Shown here: piece after piece, positions 18,631 through 28,455 of the stretch | Layout: each line of letters begins with the position of its first letter | Position numbering within the stretch: position 1 is the stretch's first letter | NCBI GenBank assembly: GCA_965222155.1 | Contig: CBDCTH010000004.1 | Location: 416,001-480,000 of the forward strand | Length of the DNA stretch: 64,000 bases | Direction: 5' to 3' | From: Gammaproteobacteria bacterium | GTDB lineage: Bacteria; Pseudomonadota; Gammaproteobacteria; Eutrophobiales; Eutrophobiaceae | The notes under the pieces: generated by a model | Database searches by the model: none | Told to the model about the DNA's origin: nothing | Seen by the model: the letters and a program-made list of their open reading frames with translations, nothing else | Position numbers and translations under genes: made by a program

Positions 18631-18898
18631 CTTCACAACGAAACATGTCATACGAAAAAATATACAAGGAGAGAGGGCCATGAGTATAATGATTGCAGAA
18701 ATTTATGCAGCCCTGGTAGAAGCCGGAGCGTCCGATTTGCCATCGCCTACTGAAATTTTTCTTAACGCCGGCATCTCGCGCATCATCCCGGACAGATTTT
18801 ATCCTTTTCATAAGGATAAAAATGCCGTATATTAGTCTGCCGACATCCGAATTTAGCTATACTCTCCCGTATCAGGTGATACCCCGGTAATTTCAGCT

Positions 18899-20641
18899 AT
18901 GCAGCAGCTTCCAGGTCCATCCGGCCCGTCCCAGGAGACACAGTTGCAGGCAGCGTTGCGCCGTTGCCGCGGCGGTTTCGTGGGGGTGACGGTATTCAGC
19001 GCGGTGGCCAACATACTGATGCTGGTGGCGCCGGTGTACATGTTGCAGATGTACGACCGGGTGCTGACCAGCGCCAGTTTCGAGACCTTGATCGTGCTGA
19101 CCATGATCGCGGTCTTCCTGCTGGCCTGCTTCGGCTTGCTGGACTGGGTACGGCAACGCCTGATGGCGCGCATCGCCCTGACTTTGAACCATGATGTGCA
19201 GGATGAAGTACTGGCCGGCGTATTCCGCGGCAGTTTGCAGCGCTTCCGGCAAAGCGTCGACCAACCGGTGCGCGACCTGGATACGGTGCGCCAGTTTATT
19301 TCCAGTCCCCCTGCGCTGGCCTTCTTTGATGCGCCCTGGGCGCCGGTGTTCATCGCCGTCATCTTCCTGATCCATCCCTGGCTGGGGTTCTTCGCGATAT
19401 TTGCTGCGTTGTTCATCCTGTTCCTGGCCCTGCTGACGGAGTGGACGTCACGGGGACCGCTCCGGAATGCCTCGGAGCACACGGCGGAGTCCAATCGATT
19501 TGTGGAGAGCAGCCTGCGCCATGCGGACGTACTGGAGGCGATGGGCATGTTCGAGGGCTTTCGCCGCCGCTGGCGCGACAAGCACGACCGTAGCGTGGCC
19601 TTCCAGGCCCGGGGCGGTTCCCGGATCAGCGCGTTGCTGGCCACCTCAAAGTCGGGCCGCCAGATCGTGCAGGTGGGCATCCTGGGCATGGGCGCTTGGC
19701 TGGTGCTCAAACAGGATATCTCGCCGGGCATGATGATCGCCGCCTCCATTATCCTGGGGCGTGCGCTGGCGCCTATCGAACAAGGCATATCGGCGTGGCG
19801 CGGCTTTGTCTCCGCCCGCCAGGCCTGGCGCCGGCTCAATAACCTGCTCAAGAGCGCGCCGCCGGCGCGGGGCGGCGGCGCGTCGAGCCTGCCCCGGCCC
19901 ACGGGCAAGCTGGATGTGGAGGGGGTATCTGCTGCGCCGCCCGGGACGACGACACTGGCCTTGAAGCGTGTGCATTTCACCCTGGAAGCGGGTTCCAGTA
20001 CCGGACTCATCGGTCCCAGCGGCAGTGGCAAAAGCACCCTGGCCCGCCTGATGGTGGGCGTCTGGACACCCCAGGGCGGGGTGGTGCGCCTGGACGGAGC
20101 GGCCATAGGAGACTGGCCGAGCGAGAGCCGCTTCCGCCACGTGGGTTACCTGCCCCAGGAGGTAGAACTGTTCGAGGGCACCGTGGCCGAGAACATTGCC
20201 CGCCTGTCTGAGCCGGACAACGACGCGGTGCTCGCCGCGGCGCAGCAGGCGAACTGCCATGACATGGTCATGCGCCTGCCGGAGAACTACAATACGCCCA
20301 TTGCGGCCGGCGGTTCCAACCTGTCAGCCGGACAACGCCAGCGCGTGGCCCTGGCGCGGGCTTTGTACGGCGACCCGGCGCTGATTATACTGGACGAGCC
20401 GGACGCAAACCTGGATACGGACGGCGAGATGGCGCTCAGAAACGCCTTGCGCACCCTGTCCCAGCGCGGCGTGACAACCCTGATGGTGACCCACAATTTC
20501 CGCCTGTTGCAGATGGTCGAATTTGTACTGGTATTGAAGGAAGGCGTCCTGCTGGAGAGCGGCCCCCGCGAAGAAGTCCTGAAACGCTTCATGCGCCCCG
20601 CCCCGGCTGCCGGCGAGAAGAAGGCGCAGGCTGGTAGTTGA
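18899..20641 (+). CDS. Type I secretion ABC transporter (PrtD/AprD-type)
   Basis: YMLQMYDRVL transmembrane domain, Walker A GPSGSGKST, signature LSAGQRQR, Walker B IILDEP. Confidence 0.95.
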   Translation: MQQLPGPSGPSQETQLQAALRRCRGGFVGVTVFSAVANILMLVAPVYMLQMYDRVLTSASFETLIVLTMIAVFLLACFGLLDWVRQRLMARIALTLNHDVQDEVLAGVFRGSLQRFRQSVDQPVRDLDTVRQFISSPPALAFFDAPWAPVFIAVIFLIHPWLGFFAIFAALFILFLALLTEWTSRGPLRNASEHTAESNRFVESSLRHADVLEAMGMFEGFRRRWRDKHDRSVAFQARGGSRISALLATSKSGRQIVQVGILGMGAWLVLKQDISPGMMIAASIILGRALAPIEQGISAWRGFVSARQAWRRLNNLLKSAPPARGGGASSLPRPTGKLDVEGVSAAPPGTTTLALKRVHFTLEAGSSTGLIGPSGSGKSTLARLMVGVWTPQGGVVRLDGAAIGDWPSESRFRHVGYLPQEVELFEGTVAENIARLSEPDNDAVLAAAQQANCHDMVMRLPENYNTPIAAGGSNLSAGQRQRVALARALYGDPALIILDEPDANLDTDGEMALRNALRTLSQRGVTTLMVTHNFRLLQMVEFVLVLKEGVLLESGPREEVLKRFMRPAPAAGEKKAQAGS

Positions 20642-20809
20642 CGGAACACCCATCCCCCTATTACCACTCCTGCGAAAGCAGGAGTCTCACGCGCTAGATT
20701 CCTGCTCCCGCTGCAAGTGAGCAGGAATCCAGTGAAATACTGAGTCTGGGGACGGCACAATGAGAGATGAGGAGCATCGCCAGGTATTTTATGTAAGTTG
20801 CGCTTTTGT

Positions 20810-21049
20810 CGTCATGCCGGGCTTGACCCGGTATCCAGTCTGATAATGTGTCGCCCCTGGCGACTCCTTGTCTCACTGGATTCCGGCATTCGCCGGAATG
20901 ACGACAGGGGGGCCTCGCCGGAATGACGACAGGGGCCTCGCGGAATGACGACAGGGGGCTTCGCCGGAATGACGACAGGGAGCCTCGTCGGAATGACGAC
21001 AGGGGGATTCGTCGAAATCATACTGGATGCCGGGTCAAGCCCGGCATGG
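20810..21049. repeat. Composite REP-like cluster with about 5 stuttered ~24-bp CGGAATGACGACAGGGG units
   Basis: Bounded by inverted GTCATGCCGGGCTTGACCCGG..TCCAG palindromes. Confidence 0.8.
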
Positions 21050-21098
21050 TAGAATCGCCGTGATGACAATCGAATGTAGAAGCAGTACGAGTTAAATT

Positions 21099-22547
21099 AT
21101 GGTCGCAGAAGCTGAACAATCCACATTGGCCCTGGCGGGCAAAGTCACGAGCGGCTGGCTGCAACGCCTGTCCGGTTACATCGTCTCCCTTATCCGCGGA
21201 CCCAAGGAGGAGGACGTCGGGCTGTCCCAGGACGCTGCGGATGAAAAGAAAGAATTGCAGGCACTGTTGTCCCGCGATGTGGTCATGCGCCGGGGGATCA
21301 TCGTGATCGTCATCGCCCTGGGCGGATTCCTGGCCTGGGCGACGCTTGCGCCCCTGACAGAAGGCGTGGTTGCGATGGGTACGGTGGTGGTGGATACGGA
21401 GCACAAGACCATCCAGCACCTGGAGGGCGGTATTGTCGAGACCCTGTACGTGCATGAGGGCAGCGAGGTCAAGGCCGGGGACGTGCTTATTGAATTAAGT
21501 GAGACCCAGAACCGCGCCCAGTTGGAGCTCCTGGAAAGCCGTTATTACGGGCGCTTGGCGGAGATCAACCGCTTGAATGCCGAGCGCCTGTTGCAGGAGG
21601 AGATTGCCTTTTCCGACGAACTGGTCGCCCTGCGCGACGATCCGGTGATCGCCGATATCCTGTCGGTGCAGGAAAACCTGTTCCAGGTGCGGCGGCGCCA
21701 GTACCACGGCCAGATCGAGGTCCTGCGCCATCGCATCAGCCAGCTTGAGGAGCAGATCCACGGCCTGGATGCAAGCCGAGGGGCCTTGTTGCGCGAGCAG
21801 GGCTTGATCGAGAAGGACCTGGAAAGCCTGGTTGCCCTGCGCGATCAGCAATTGATTGATGAGGGCGTGCTGATCAACCGGCAGCGCGAATACGAACAGA
21901 GCATCGGCCGACTCGGCAGCCTCGTCGCGGACATCGCCTCGACCCGGGTAAAAATCGGTGAAACCCGCCAGGAGATCCTCCAGATCGAACACGGCTGGGG
22001 CACGGAGGTATCCGACCAGATCAACACGGCGCAACAGCAATGGTTCGAGACCCGCGAGCGTATCGCCTCGGTGCAGGACGTGTTGCAGCGTACCACCATC
22101 GTGGCGCCCCAGGACGGCAAGGTCATCGGACTCAGCGTCCACACCCTGGGCGGGGTGATCCCGCCCGGCAGTTCCATTATGAACATTGTCCCGACTGAAG
22201 AACGGCTCATGGTGGAAGGCCAGGTGCGGCCCACCGACGTGGACAACGTCTACCTCGGCCAGACGGCCAGGTTGCGGTTTTCGGCCTTCAGTTGGCGCAC
22301 CACGCCCCAGGTTAAAGGCACGGTCGAGCGCGTCTCGCCCGATGCCTTCCGCGACGACGAGGCCGGCACCGCCTACTATATCGCCCGCATACTGGTCCCC
22401 GAGGATGAAATGGCGAAGCTGGGCGACGTCACCGTCGGCCCCGGCATGCCGGTGGACATCATGTTCACCGGCAGCGACCGCACCGCCATGTCGTACCTGA
22501 CCAAGCCCCTGACCGACATCATGGGCAAGGCGATGGTCGAAGAATGA
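21099..22547 (+). CDS. HlyD-family T1SS membrane-fusion protein
   Basis: Single TM segment, KTIQHLEGGIV, long coiled coil, IVAPQDG, GPGMPV, YLTKPL. Confidence 0.95.
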   Translation: MVAEAEQSTLALAGKVTSGWLQRLSGYIVSLIRGPKEEDVGLSQDAADEKKELQALLSRDVVMRRGIIVIVIALGGFLAWATLAPLTEGVVAMGTVVVDTEHKTIQHLEGGIVETLYVHEGSEVKAGDVLIELSETQNRAQLELLESRYYGRLAEINRLNAERLLQEEIAFSDELVALRDDPVIADILSVQENLFQVRRRQYHGQIEVLRHRISQLEEQIHGLDASRGALLREQGLIEKDLESLVALRDQQLIDEGVLINRQREYEQSIGRLGSLVADIASTRVKIGETRQEILQIEHGWGTEVSDQINTAQQQWFETRERIASVQDVLQRTTIVAPQDGKVIGLSVHTLGGVIPPGSSIMNIVPTEERLMVEGQVRPTDVDNVYLGQTARLRFSAFSWRTTPQVKGTVERVSPDAFRDDEAGTAYYIARILVPEDEMAKLGDVTVGPGMPVDIMFTGSDRTAMSYLTKPLTDIMGKAMVEE

Positions 22548-23923
22548 TTGGGGTCAGAGTAAACACGACGAATTACCATTCCTGCGGAAGCAGGAATCCA
22601 CTAAGCCTATCAATGGATTCCTGCTTTCGCAGGAATGGCGCTGGGGGCGCACGAATAGGGTTCGCCATACTCATGTTATCACTCTGCCTGGGACAGACCG
22701 CCATGGCCGGCGAGTCGGCCGGTTCCTACACCTTGTCGCAGGCGTTTCTGGATGCGCAGGCGCGGGATGCCCGGATGCAGGCGGCCGATAATCGCGTGGC
22801 GGAAGCGCGCGAGAGGCTGGTGGAAGTCAACACCAGTCGCCGCCCCTCGCTCACCATATCCGGCAACACCGGGTACAGCCATAACCGCAGCGAGGCTCGC
22901 GTGAAGCAGACCTATGAGGGGCACTCGTACCGGGGCAGGCTGCAGCTTAACCAGAACCTGTATACCTTCGGCCGTCTGGAGGGCCGCCAGCGCCGGGCCG
23001 AGGCCGAGATCGCCGAGGCGGAATACGCTTTTGAGGAAGTGCGCCAGGAAGTCCTGGCGGAGGTCGCCCGCGCCTTTTCCGAGCAGTTGTTCCGGAAACG
23101 CATCTACGACAGCCGGCGCGACTTCGAGATGCTGCTGGTCGATCTTGAAGACATTGCGCGCCGGCGTATCGAACAGGGTAGCCTGGACCGCACCGAGTTG
23201 TTTGAAGTCCTGCGCCGCCTGCACCAGGCGCGGGCGCAGCGTATTGAGGCCGATTCCTATTACCGGGTGGCGCGGGCGCAGTTAGTGCGGCTGACGGGAA
23301 CCGAGCATGACGACCTGGCGCCCACTTCCCTGGCCGGCCTGGAACTGGCGACTCCGGCCAGTCTCGAAGATGCGCTGATCCGGGCCGAGAACCGGTCCCC
23401 CTCCCTGGCGCGGGCGCGCATGCGCCTGGAAGCCGCAGAAGGAGAGCTGGCGTTCCGCAAGGCTGAGCTCTGGCCGACCCTGAGCCTGGAGGTCAACGCC
23501 AGCGCCGGCCACGTTGGGCCGATCGACACCCGCGATATTGTCGGCGGAGTCAACCTTTCGGTGCCGATGTATGAAGGCGGCCTCAAGCGCTCACAGTTGC
23601 GCGGCGCCAGGCTGGCGATGGAAACCGCGCGCCGGGACTTGTCCGCGGAACGGGACCAGGTCGAGATAGACGTACGCTCGAACTGGGACCTGCTTGAGGG
23701 ATTGATCCATTCCCTGCGGGAGTTCGAGGCCGCAATCGCAGATATGGAAGAGGTGGTGGAACTGACCGGCAGCAAGCTGGACGTCGGCCGCGCTACCTTC
23801 GTGCAGCACATCGAAGCCCGCCAATCCGCCCTGGACGTCGAATTCGACACCCTGGACAGCCGCCTGCGCCTGGAAGAAACCCGCATCGCCCTGCTCCGCC
23901 TCCTGGCGGAACTGAATCCCTGA
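22544..23923 (+). CDS. TolC-family outer-membrane efflux protein
   Basis: Signal-like ILMLSLCLGQTAMA and duplicated OEP motifs (LNQNLYTFG, LWPTLSL, VPMYEGG); ATGA overlap with the HlyD gene. The start is uncertain. Confidence 0.88.
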   Translation: MIGVRVNTTNYHSCGSRNPLSLSMDSCFRRNGAGGARIGFAILMLSLCLGQTAMAGESAGSYTLSQAFLDAQARDARMQAADNRVAEARERLVEVNTSRRPSLTISGNTGYSHNRSEARVKQTYEGHSYRGRLQLNQNLYTFGRLEGRQRRAEAEIAEAEYAFEEVRQEVLAEVARAFSEQLFRKRIYDSRRDFEMLLVDLEDIARRRIEQGSLDRTELFEVLRRLHQARAQRIEADSYYRVARAQLVRLTGTEHDDLAPTSLAGLELATPASLEDALIRAENRSPSLARARMRLEAAEGELAFRKAELWPTLSLEVNASAGHVGPIDTRDIVGGVNLSVPMYEGGLKRSQLRGARLAMETARRDLSAERDQVEIDVRSNWDLLEGLIHSLREFEAAIADMEEVVELTGSKLDVGRATFVQHIEARQSALDVEFDTLDSRLRLEETRIALLRLLAELNP

Positions 23924-23932
23924 GAAATCCAC

Positions 23933-24368
23933 CAGTCGTCATACCGGCGCATGCCCCCGGTCGTCATACCGGCGCATGCCCCCAGTCGTCATACCGGCGT
24001 ATGCCCCCAGTCGTCATACCGGCGTATGCCCCCAGTCGTCATACCGGCGTATGCCCCCGGTCGTCATACCGGCGCATGCCCCTGGTCGTCATACCGGCGG
24101 CATGCCCCCGGTCGTCATACCGGCGTCATGCCCCCGGTCGTCATACCGGCGGCATGCCCCCGGTCGTCATACCGGCGCATGCCCCCGGTCGTCATACCGG
24201 CGCATGCCCCCGGTCGTCATACCGGCACATGCCCCCAGTCGTCATACCGGCGTATGCCCCCGGTCGTCATACCGGCGCATGCCCCCAGTCGTCATACCGG
24301 CGCATGCCCCCGGTCGTCATTCCGGTGCATGCCCCCGGTCGTCATACCGGGCTTGACCCGGTATCCAG
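23933..24368. repeat. 25/26-bp tandem repeat, about 17 units, ending in a full REP palindrome
   Basis: CCCCCRGTCGTCATACCGGCGYATG units; terminal GTCATACCGGGCTTGACCCGGTATCCAG. Confidence 0.92.
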
Positions 24369-24402
24369 TCCAATAACGTGTCGCCCTTAGCGACTCTTTG
24401 TT

Positions 24403-25617
24403 TCACTGGATTCTGGAAAAAACCAGGGTGGCGTTTGTGCCGCCGAAGCCGAAGCTGTTCGACATTACCGTGTTGAGGCTGGCGTTATCGATGCGTTCCA
24501 GGGCGATGGGCAGGCCTTCTGCTGCTTCGTCCAGTGTTTCTATGTTAGCGGATTCGCAGACGAAGTCCTGTTTGAGCATCAGCAGGGTGAAGATTGCTTC
24601 ACTCACGCCCGCGGCGCCGAGGCCGTGACCTGTCAGGGCTTTGGTTGAGCTGATCCTGGGTAGCTTGTCCTTGAATGCCGTTCTTATTGCGCTGAGTTCT
24701 CCCGTGTCGCCGGCCGGTGTGCTGGTTGCATGGGCGTTGATATAGTCGACCGGGTCGGTGACGTTTGCAAGTGACATCTGCATGCAGCGCACTGCGCCTT
24801 CGCCGGAGGGCTTTACCATGTCGTAGCCGTCGGAGGTGGCGCCGTATCCGACAATCTCGGCGTGTATGTTTGCATTCCTTTTCACGGCATGGTCATACTC
24901 TTCCAAGACGATTATCCCGCCGCCGCCGGAGATGACAAACCCGTCCCTGTTCGCGTCAAAAGGACGGGATGCGGTTGCCGGGCTGTCATTGTAGCGCGAC
25001 GAAAGGGCGCCCATGCTGTCGAATAACAAGGTGCCGGTCCAGTGAACCTCGTCGCCGCCGCCGGCGAAGATGATGTCCTGTTTGCCGGACTGGATAAGCT
25101 CGTAGGCATTGCCTATGCAATGGGCGCTGGTGGCGCAGGCTGAGCCGATTGAATAATTGATTCCCTTGATCCTGTAAGCAACTGCCAGGCAGGCGCTGGC
25201 TGTGCTCGACATGACCCGGGGCACGATGGTCGGCCCCACTTTCCGGGCGCCTCTGCTGCGTAATATGTCCGCCGCGGCGACCATATTCTCGGTGGAGGTG
25301 CCGCCGGTGCCGACTATCAAACCGGTGCGATGGTGGGATACCTGCTCTTCATCCAGGTTGGCATCGGTTATTGCATCCCGCATTGCCAGGTAGGCGTAGG
25401 CGGCGGCATCGCCCATGAAACGCTTCTGTTTCCTGTCGATTAGCTCATCCAGGTCAAGATGGATGGGGGCGCGAAGGTGGGATCGGAATCCCAGGTCCGC
25501 ATATTCCTGTGAATGTTCTACGCCGGTTATTGCCGATTTCAGTGCATTAAGCACTTCCGGCTGGCTGTTTCCTATACTGGATTTTATGCCCAGGCCGGTA
25601 ATGACTACTCGGTTCAA
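24403..25617 (-). CDS. fabB: 3-oxoacyl-ACP synthase I
   Basis: [16 protein letters not shown] (catalytic Cys), [28 protein letters not shown]; adjacent to fabA. Confidence 0.95.
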   Translation of the reverse strand: MNRVVITGLGIKSSIGNSQPEVLNALKSAITGVEHSQEYADLGFRSHLRAPIHLDLDELIDRKQKRFMGDAAAYAYLAMRDAITDANLDEEQVSHHRTGLIVGTGGTSTENMVAAADILRSRGARKVGPTIVPRVMSSTASACLAVAYRIKGINYSIGSACATSAHCIGNAYELIQSGKQDIIFAGGGDEVHWTGTLLFDSMGALSSRYNDSPATASRPFDANRDGFVISGGGGIIVLEEYDHAVKRNANIHAEIVGYGATSDGYDMVKPSGEGAVRCMQMSLANVTDPVDYINAHATSTPAGDTGELSAIRTAFKDKLPRISSTKALTGHGLGAAGVSEAIFTLLMLKQDFVCESANIETLDEAAEGLPIALERIDNASLNTVMSNSFGFGGTNATLVFSRIQ

Positions 25618-25661
25618 ATTATATCCCTCTGAAAAGATTTACTGGCTTGCGTTGTTACCTG

Positions 25662-26180
25662 TCAAAATTTTCCCAACTGCTGGAATAGGCCTACCCTGAG
25701 GTCTTTTGCCGAATAGGTTTCCTTGCCATCGACATACATGCAGCCATCGGCGACCCCCATCACCAGGTTTCGGGAGAATATTTTTTTCATATCAATTACG
25801 TATTCTACCACCTTGCAGTCCGGAGTGACCTGCCCGGAGAATTTGATTCTACCCGCCCCCAGCGCCCGGCCGCGACCGGGTGCACCGGTCCAGCCCAGGT
25901 AAAATCCCACTAATTGCCACATCGCGTCAAGCCCCAGACAGCCGGGCATAACCGGGTCGCCTTGAAAGTGACAATTAAAAAACCACAAGTCTGGATGAAT
26001 ATCCAATTGCGCCACAACGTACCCCTTGTCCTTCAGGCCCCCGCTGTCACTGATATCCGTTATCCGGTCAACCATCAACATATTGTCCAACGGCAACTGG
26101 GCATTTCCATCACCGAACAGCTCGCCCCGACCACAAGCTAACAATTCTTCTTTGGAATACTGACTTTTTCCCCTGCGCAT
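25662..26180 (-). CDS. fabA: 3-hydroxydecanoyl-ACP dehydratase/isomerase
   Basis: [28 protein letters not shown]. Confidence 0.96.
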   Translation of the reverse strand: MRRGKSQYSKEELLACGRGELFGDGNAQLPLDNMLMVDRITDISDSGGLKDKGYVVAQLDIHPDLWFFNCHFQGDPVMPGCLGLDAMWQLVGFYLGWTGAPGRGRALGAGRIKFSGQVTPDCKVVEYVIDMKKIFSRNLVMGVADGCMYVDGKETYSAKDLRVGLFQQLGKF

Positions 26181-26230
26181 AGAGCAGGAAGTATCGCATG
26201 TTTCACAGCGTTTTTCTATCCAAAATCACT

Positions 26231-26449
26231 AATCCAGGACACCCATAAATTAAAATTTGGGATAAAATTTGGGACACCCATAAATTGATCGATAACCGAA
26301 ATTTTATGGGTGTCCCAAATTGAGTCCCATCAATTCATGGGTGTCCCAAATTTGCTTTCATCCCAAATTGAGTCCCATCAATTCATGGGTGTCCCAAATT
26401 TGCTTTCATCCCAAATTGAGTCCCATCAATTCATGGGTGTCCCAAATTT
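26231..26449. repeat. Palindromic cluster of GGACACCCATAAAT repeats with a 48-bp tandem triplication
   Basis: Forward copies on the left, reverse ATGGGTGTCCCAAAT copies on the right. Confidence 0.85.
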
Positions 26450-26501
26450 GCTATTCTGAGTATGTGCTTGACTATTACCGTGTTGTATTTAGACTTGCGG
26501 T

Positions 26502-27728
26502 ATGACAAATCAGCAGGGTCTTTCGGAGAGGCGGCGCAGTGTTGCGGTTAGAATTGGTCCGGTCGAAGTGGGCGGGGGCGTGCCGGTGGTCGTCCAGTCC
26601 ATGACGAATACTGATACTGCTGACGTCATTGCTACGGTGAAACAGGTGCAGCAGTTGGCTGCAGCCGGGTCGGAGCTGGTGCGCATCACTGTGAATAACG
26701 AAGATGCGGCGCGCCAAGTCATGCGTATTCGGGAAAGGCTGGACGTGCTGGGTTGCAACGTGCCTTTGATCGGTGATTTTCACTATAACGGCCACCAGTT
26801 GTTGACTAAATTCCCTGATTGCGCCGAGGCGCTGGCCAAATACCGGATAAATCCGGGGAACGTGGGGTTTGGCAGGAAGCGGGACAGCCAGTTTGCGATC
26901 CTGATAGAAAAGGCTATCGAGTATGATAAGCCGATTCGGATTGGCGTGAACTGGGGCAGCCTGGACCAGGAGCTGGCTACCCACATGATGGATGAGAATG
27001 CCAGGTTGGCAGAACCCCTGGACGCCGACCACGTCATGCAGGAAGCTTTGATCGTTTCTGCCTTGAACAGTGCAACCAAGGCGGAAGAGATTGGCTTACC
27101 CAGAGACAGGATCATTCTGTCATGCAAGGTAAGTGGAGTACAAAGGCTGGTTTCGGTTTACCGGGACCTGGCCAGTCGCTGCGAGTATGCCTTGCACCTC
27201 GGCCTGACGGAAGCCGGAATGGGGTCAAAGGGGATTGTTGCGTCTACCGCGGCCCTCGGTATTCTGTTACAGGAGGGGATAGGAGATACAATCCGCATTT
27301 CCCTCACTCCCGAACCGGGAGGTGACCGGACTACCGAGGTGATTGTAGCCCAGGAGATCCTGCAAACAATGGGTTTCCGTTCATTTACTCCGCTGGTTAC
27401 CGCCTGTCCCGGCTGTGGCCGTACCACGAGTACCGTATTCCAGGAACTTGCGGATAACATCCAGGCCTACATCAGGACTCAGATGCCGATCTGGCGCGAG
27501 AAATACAAGGGAGTTGAGGAGTTGAACCTGGCGGTGATGGGTTGCGTGGTGAACGGTCCCGGCGAAAGCAAGCATGCGGACATCGGTATCAGCCTGCCCG
27601 GAACGGGCGAGTCGCCGTCCGCGCCGGTTTTTGTTGACGGCAAGAAAGTGGTCACCCTGCGCGGCGATAATATCGCCGGAGAGTTCCAGCGCATAGTGGA
27701 TGACTACATTGAAAACCGCTTTGGGTGA
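26502..27728 (+). CDS. ispG: (E)-4-hydroxy-3-methylbut-2-enyl-diphosphate synthase
   Basis: [50 protein letters not shown]. Confidence 0.97.
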   Translation: MTNQQGLSERRRSVAVRIGPVEVGGGVPVVVQSMTNTDTADVIATVKQVQQLAAAGSELVRITVNNEDAARQVMRIRERLDVLGCNVPLIGDFHYNGHQLLTKFPDCAEALAKYRINPGNVGFGRKRDSQFAILIEKAIEYDKPIRIGVNWGSLDQELATHMMDENARLAEPLDADHVMQEALIVSALNSATKAEEIGLPRDRIILSCKVSGVQRLVSVYRDLASRCEYALHLGLTEAGMGSKGIVASTAALGILLQEGIGDTIRISLTPEPGGDRTTEVIVAQEILQTMGFRSFTPLVTACPGCGRTTSTVFQELADNIQAYIRTQMPIWREKYKGVEELNLAVMGCVVNGPGESKHADIGISLPGTGESPSAPVFVDGKKVVTLRGDNIAGEFQRIVDDYIENRFG

Positions 27729-27862
27729 GCCGGAAAAATTCCCGGCGCTAATTCAAAAGCCCCACCCACCCCCTGGGCAGGTGAGGCAATTGATTTAAGC
27801 AGACTAAATGCAGAATTAACCGGAGTCTTCTATCTGCTATAGATAATCCGGTTGGCCTGATA

Positions 27863-28189
27863 TCAGCCCTTCAATCGATTTACAGTCCTCGCTACGAGAA
27901 TGCTGATAACACCAGCATTAAGTGCGTTGCTGACCTGATCGACGATAGCATCAAGATATCCCCCCAGCATGGGAATTGCGTTTAGAACTCCTTCGCTCAT
28001 TGTCGCAGCGCCTACAGCGATAGCGACTGCCAGGTAAGCGACAGGATCTTCAGCATCGACCGCCGTCCAGCCATAGACCAGACCAAGGATCACGATAGCT
28101 AGTGGAAGCAGGTCTGAAGGAACTGCGCCCGGGGCCAGCCCCTCAACAAGCGCTGCTAGGGTGATCAATCCAACGATGATTCTAGTCAT
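27863..28189 (-). CDS. Small integral membrane protein of unknown function
   Basis: 108 aa with about 4 hydrophobic segments; RBS GGAGGGAG. Confidence 0.65.
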   Translation of the reverse strand: MTRIIVGLITLAALVEGLAPGAVPSDLLPLAIVILGLVYGWTAVDAEDPVAYLAVAIAVGAATMSEGVLNAIPMLGGYLDAIVDQVSNALNAGVISILVARTVNRLKG

Positions 28190-28455
28190 TTTTTCTCCCT
28201 CCTACGGTTATTATGACGTAAAAGGCTCACCGGTGAGTGGCCACGCTGGTTCTTAACATGGATTCTTACGGTCAGCCACATAGGAAACTATAGCACATAA
28301 AAGTCGTCTTGGATCAAAACAATCGGGCAAACGGAGCTATTTTTTTGTTACCGTCATTCTCCGGAATGATGATAGTTTTAACTCATAAGGTGAGTGTTTG
28401 CCCTATAATGTACAATCCGCACGATACCAATAAGAATAGTTGAAGAGGAAATAGC

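Noticed and set aside
23951-24390. ORFs of 126-141 aa in all three frames
   Set aside because: These are translations of the 25-bp tandem repeat.
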